Of a DNA stretch of 38,185 nucleotides, positions 33,668-38,185 are shown piece by piece. The notes under the pieces are model-generated. The model was not told where the DNA came from and did no database searches. It worked only from the letters and a program-made list of their open reading frames with translations. The stretch is from Folioceros fuciformis (Eukaryota), in NCBI GenBank assembly GCA_049999805.1, contig JBNGIO010006320.1, positions 370,169 to 408,353 on the forward strand. Reading direction: 5' to 3'. The translations under genes were made by a program, and so were the position numbers. The stretch's first letter is position 1. Every line of letters starts with the position of its first letter.

Positions 33668-35019
33668 GGCTAGCCTAGGGCTGATGGCTCAACGAGAAGC
33701 GAGGCATGGCTGAGATCCCCGTGAACTCTATGGGATAGCCCACCATATGTATTGCCTGGCATGTCGCATGTACAGAGGAAAGCAGTGATCACCTTAGTCA
33801 GTCGGGAAATATCCCTCTTCTGAACTTCTCCTATTTATGCTGCTGTCCTGGGGAATAATGGGGCTATGCTATGCACATCACAGACGATGTAGGGACTTGA
33901 AAAATCTGACTTCGGTTATGGTGGAGGAATGGCCTGGCCAGTGCCTTACCGAGAATGTTACAGGTATGAGGTTCATCAGTAACTCAACGCATTCTCTTTC
34001 TGCCAATCTATCAAGTCTAAAGAGCCTCCATGTATATGCAGAAGAGCCAGGTGGACGTCAAGGATCTGTGTGGAAGGAACTTGGGTACATCCTCACAACT
34101 GATGCTGGAGTTGTGTTGATACTGTGGCAGCTTTCCGCCTTTGCTTCCTCTGTCCGCTTCTCTTCTCCACAGCTTTCTGTCTAGGAATCCATCTGGGCTA
34201 TTCCGTTTACCCCAACAGTGAACAACCCAAATAAGTGTTGAGGTCTGGACCGAGTACTCTACAAACAGAGCTCCCATTCTCTGGCTGCTTCTGGTGCGGG
34301 TTAACCAAAAACAGTCTGAACCTTCACCTCACTCTGCACAGGCACTCAGTGTACCCTGGAGAACAAAGCAGTCGCCCTGTGTATGGCAGATCGAAATAAA
34401 GCAGTACTTTACCAGAACCGGCAAGTCGCATGCAGGGTTTGTCGCACGAGGCCACGATTGGCAACAGCAGGCGACCAGGTGACTTCCCGTGGTTTGCAAC
34501 AGCATGTGACCAATACGGCTCTTTCGGGTCTTTCGTCTGTGAAGCATGCCCTCCGCACCAGACATGAAGGGGGCTTTTTCTCACGGCTCCTGTTTGTGGA
34601 GCTTAGCCTTCCTTCACAATTGTCTCTCCGTGATGAAGCTTGCCATTTATGTACATAGCAGTGTCTCCACCTAGTATCCCCCATTTCAGAGAAAACGTCG
34701 GACGTAGAGGTGACATCACAAGTGATCCTATAATATTAACCGAAATCTCTTACATATTCAAAACTATCTCCCAGGGACTACCTGGGCAGCAGTTTTTTGT
34801 CAAATTTCGGTTCTTGTTCGTGCGTTGTGTCTTGTGTGTATGGGGACCGGTACTGGCCAAAACCCGCTGCAAACTAAAGACTTCAAACGGGTTGTATTGT
34901 CGCTCCAGGGTGTTCAATCGCGCCTGTCGCAAAACGCCGGGTCCCTCGAGGCTCCCGCGCTGTCGCGAACACAGAGCAGGGTTCAGCGCAAAAATTGCAG
35001 ACGACGCTCAGCGGATACC

Positions 35020-35508
35020 ATGGGTTACTGGGGGAAGCCGATCTGGAAGATCGCCTTTCAAGAGGCCAAGAAGCACTGGTTCTTGATGATAGGATTTTCT
35101 GTCACCGGCGCCATGGTCCTGAAGTTGTCCCTGGGACTCACACGTAAGGGCTCGCTCGTTATGCAACAGCTTCTGAAGGAATTTTTGTCATTTGCATTAC
35201 GTCAAGGAATGATTTAGCCGCGATCGCAAGAACTACACGCTTCAATTAACCTAATGCCGTTCGTGGATTCTTGCCGCATTGTCATTGTGTGAACAGCGTT
35301 GCGTCTTGCTGTCTGCTGAGTGATGTTATCTTCTTTTGCGTTTGCAGCTGAGCAGGCCGAGAATTCAGCCTTCGTGAAACTGCACAGGTTTGGTTTCCAA
35401 ATTATAGTTCCCGTTGTTCTTGTGGCGAATCAGTGTAGTTTTGGTAATGGATGTAGAAAAAAATTCTGATACAATTAGCATAATATGACCAGGAGTGATC
35501 ACCACTGA
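35020..35508 (+). CDS. Plant mitochondrial ATP synthase 6-kDa subunit (about 59 aa, 3 exons)
   Basis: Exons 35020-35143, 35348-35387 and probably 35493-35508 give MGYWGKPIWKIAFQEAKKHWFLMIGFSVTGAMVLKLSLGLTPEQAENSAFVKLHRSDHH. This fits the family pattern W.F..GF.VTG....K...GLT.E.A.NS.FV..HR as I recall it. The last exon is tentative. Confidence 0.8.
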
Positions 35509-36060
35509 AGCCAATCACATCAGGATGAACACGGAGTCTCATGGAGGATCTTCGGCGCAAACCAGGGAGCGTGGGACAGCGGAGAATCTTACACGACAGA
35601 GGGTGATCTTGGCCTACTGGCAGGGGATAACAAGGAGAGACCTGCTTTGTAGGGGATAACCAGGGGAGGTCTGCTGGCAGGAGAGAACAAGGAGAGGCCT
35701 GCTAAGAGCGGGCGGCCTTTTTGACGATAGTTGAGGACACTGAGGACACAGGCGTAGGCATTGAACTGGCATTTGTATCTCTAAAGTCTTCCAAGCTTTC
35801 TGAACCGGGTGAAGCATTGATCAAGCTGATGGAACGTGTTCTGCTTCGTTTGTCACCACCGGCGTCCCATGACGAGAACTTGGTCGTGGGAATCGTCGAA
35901 ACACCAACCTCCATCTTCGATACCTGTATTCGCAGGACAGCAGCAGCCATTAGCCAGATTCCTTGAATCAAAGTCCCTTTGGCCTAGTTCGACTCAGCAC
36001 TCACCTCGGACCTTCGTTCTTGAACTGCGTTAGCCATTCAGCAAATACCGCGGCCGAACA

Positions 36061-36241
36061 AGTTAGGGTTTAAGGCTGCCTAGTCGTTAAACAGCCAGGT
36101 TTAGGGTGGTTTAGGGTTCCTGCGGTCGTTGTAAGTGCGCGAGAAAATAGAAAAATCTGTACATATACAAAATTTACATAAAATAAAAACAAATTCTGGA
36201 CATACGCACCTAGTTAGGGTTCAGCTACATCTCGTTAGGGC
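36061..36241 (-). promoter_or_regulatory. Cluster of telo-box/telomere-like motifs (TTAGGG / TTTAGGG on plus)
   Basis: Five TTAGGG cores at about 36063, 36101, 36111, 36214 and 36235, upstream of a decayed minus-strand frame starting at ATG 36037. Confidence 0.45.
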
Positions 36242-36729
36242 TTTGTTTTAGTTTGTTAAGGCTTCTTGTCAGCCCATCAAACATATTCATTCACCTATGA
36301 CAAAGACTAGGACCTAAAGGCTAGGCATCGCGAAGGGCAAGAGGTTGGGTTCAACAAGGATAAGGAAGTGAAGGCTAGGCCTCAGGCTAGACTAGACATA
36401 AGTAGCACAAGAGGCTAGGTTAGGACAAAGGGAGATGCTTGTGGAAGAGTTATGCAAGTCAAGTTACTGTTTGGCAACAATTAGCATATGTGATTAGTTA
36501 GCATAGGTGATTAGTGAGGATGCCAAAAAACATGGTGTGCTAGCTTTCTATGGTGGATGTGCCCAACCAAACTTTTCCGTGTATGTCCACCTTGGATGAG
36601 AAGCAAGACCTCTAGAAACCTATTTGGGTATATCCAACCTAACTTCTACTATATTCACATCTAGGTAAGAAGAAAGGCTTGCTTGTACATCCTTAAGATA
36701 ACATGGCCATCCATTCTGCCATAACTAAC

Positions 36730-37650
36730 TTGCATTTGAAGGTATACAACATGTAGTAAGACTTGTCCTTGTTGCAAATAGTACCTCGTGTCTTAAAGCC
36801 TCTTCAATCTTCTAAGACACCTATGTGTTTGAACCTGTAACCTGAAGGCTCTCTGACTTTTAGTACAATAATGTATTCAAACCCATGTTCTAAAGCCTTT
36901 TTAGACCTTCTAAGATGGTTGTGCATTTGAACTTATCTTCTAAAGCTTTTTTGATATTCTAGGATGATTTGTAATGGAACTTGTGTTCAAAAGCTTTTCA
37001 AAAAGCTTTCTACACCTTGTAGGACACATGTATATTTGAACCCGTGTTTGAAACATTTCTAGACCTTCTTGGGCGCCTTTGTTCTCAAGCCTTTTGAACA
37101 AATTAGAATGTCTGTGTATCTGAATTAGTGTTCTAAAGCCTTACCAACCTCCTTCTAGAGGCCTGTGTGTTTGAACCCATGTTCTAAGCCTTTCTAACTT
37201 TTTAGGACATGTGTATGCATATTTGAACTCATGTTCTACTGCTTTTCTAACCTTTTGGAATGGCCTGTGTGTTCTAAAGTCATTATAACCATCTAGGATG
37301 TCTATATGTATATTCAAACTAGTGTTGTAAAACCTTTTTGACCTTCTACGATACTAGTGTGTGTGAACACATGCTCTGACGCCTTTCTACCTTTCTATGA
37401 TGCCTATGAGTTTGTACCCATGTTGAATAACCTTTGGTTATGGCTACGTTTGAATGAACGTTGGATGATCGTCTAGAATGCTTGCATATTTGAAACTGAG
37501 TTGGATTATCTTCTTTGACACTTATGTGTCTGAACACGTGTTGGAGCTATGTTGGATGACCTTCCATACCCTTTGCAATGCCTGGTGGATGATCTTCAAT
37601 AATGCCTTGTGTATTTGTTCAAAGCTATGTTAAATGACCTTCTACAATGC
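36730..37650. repeat. Degenerate tandem array with a unit of about 50 bp, probably part of a transposon/LTR
   Basis: Recurring TGTRTTTGAACYYRTGTTCTAAAGCCTTT.TAGACCTTCTAGGATG-like unit, e.g. at 36871, 36921, 37030, 37165 and 37220. Confidence 0.75.
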
Positions 37651-37867
37651 CTAAGTACTTGACCCTAATGCCTAAGTATTTGATCGCATTGGATACCTTC
37701 TATGACCAATGGTGGATGGAAGAGAGATGCCTTTGTTTTGGACTCGATAAGATGCATCATTGGATGCTTCCGACTATGTTTACTGACCCCATGTTGGGGT
37801 CACATGGAAAACCTTAGTAATCCACACCCTAATCCAATCCCAACCTATTGCTTTGAGAGATATATTG

Positions 37868-38185
37868 GGGGTAAGAACTTCTTGGCCCATCCGGGTAAGA
37901 ACTTCTTGGCACATCCGGGTAAGCTTGGCACATCCGGGTAAGAACTGCTTGGCACATCCAGGTAAGAACTTCTTGGCACATCCGGGTAAGAACTGCTTGG
38001 CACATCCAGGTCTTGGCACATCCAGGTCTTGGCACATCCGGGTAAGAACTGCTTGGCACATCCAGGTAAGAACTGCTTGGCACATCCGGGTAAGAACTTC
38101 TTGGCACATCCGGGTAAGAACTTCTTGGCACATCCGGGTAAGAACTTCTTGGCACATCCGGGTAAGAACTTCTTGGCACATCCGG
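37868..38185. repeat. 24-bp minisatellite running off the window end
   Basis: Unit GGGTAAGAACTTCTTGGCACATCC with T/G and G/A variants and a few internally deleted 16-19-bp units. Confidence 0.98.

Noticed and set aside
33670-34900. Numerous 60-150-aa ORFs between the MAPK and the ATP synthase subunit gene
   Set aside because: They overlap on both strands with no motifs or consistent splice pattern, which fits UTR/intergenic DNA of moderate GC.
37868-38185. CRISPR-like appearance of the 24-bp, 27-bp and 60-bp repeats
   Set aside because: Units are head-to-tail with no unique spacers, there are no cas genes, and the context is eukaryotic. The repeat ORFs 37780..38181 and 37829..38179 are artefacts.

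Overview
Eukaryotic plant-type (streptophyte) nuclear DNA with short GT-AG introns; the species cannot be determined from the sequence. Five host genes are present: a GT90/CAP10-type glycosyltransferase (minus strand), two diverged 13-exon GH1 beta-glucosidase paralogs with an unusual Pro/Glu-rich N-terminal stalk, a one-intron TEY MAP kinase resembling group C, and a small spliced gene for the plant mitochondrial ATP synthase 6-kDa subunit. Between them lie decayed Ty1/copia LTR retrotransposons. Element A (1084-9300, minus, TSD AACAA) contains a nested copia (5194-8124, TSD CAAAC) and an orphan LTR+PBS fragment. Its relative, element B (about 18618-25691, minus), runs into a 100-N gap. The window also has a Helitron-like 3' end, several minisatellites and telomere-like motifs. 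The most unusual signal is that both related copia elements carry a long, decayed, sense-strand extra ORF between the primer-binding site and gag. In B it spans about 627 codons and is broken only by four stops that are each one C>T change from a sense codon. The two ORFs share an N-terminal M-(x)-RH-x-K...SRH motif and an RSSPRYT motif, and the latter is amplified seven times as a 60-bp array in A. All alignments and counts were done by eye and need computational confirmation.
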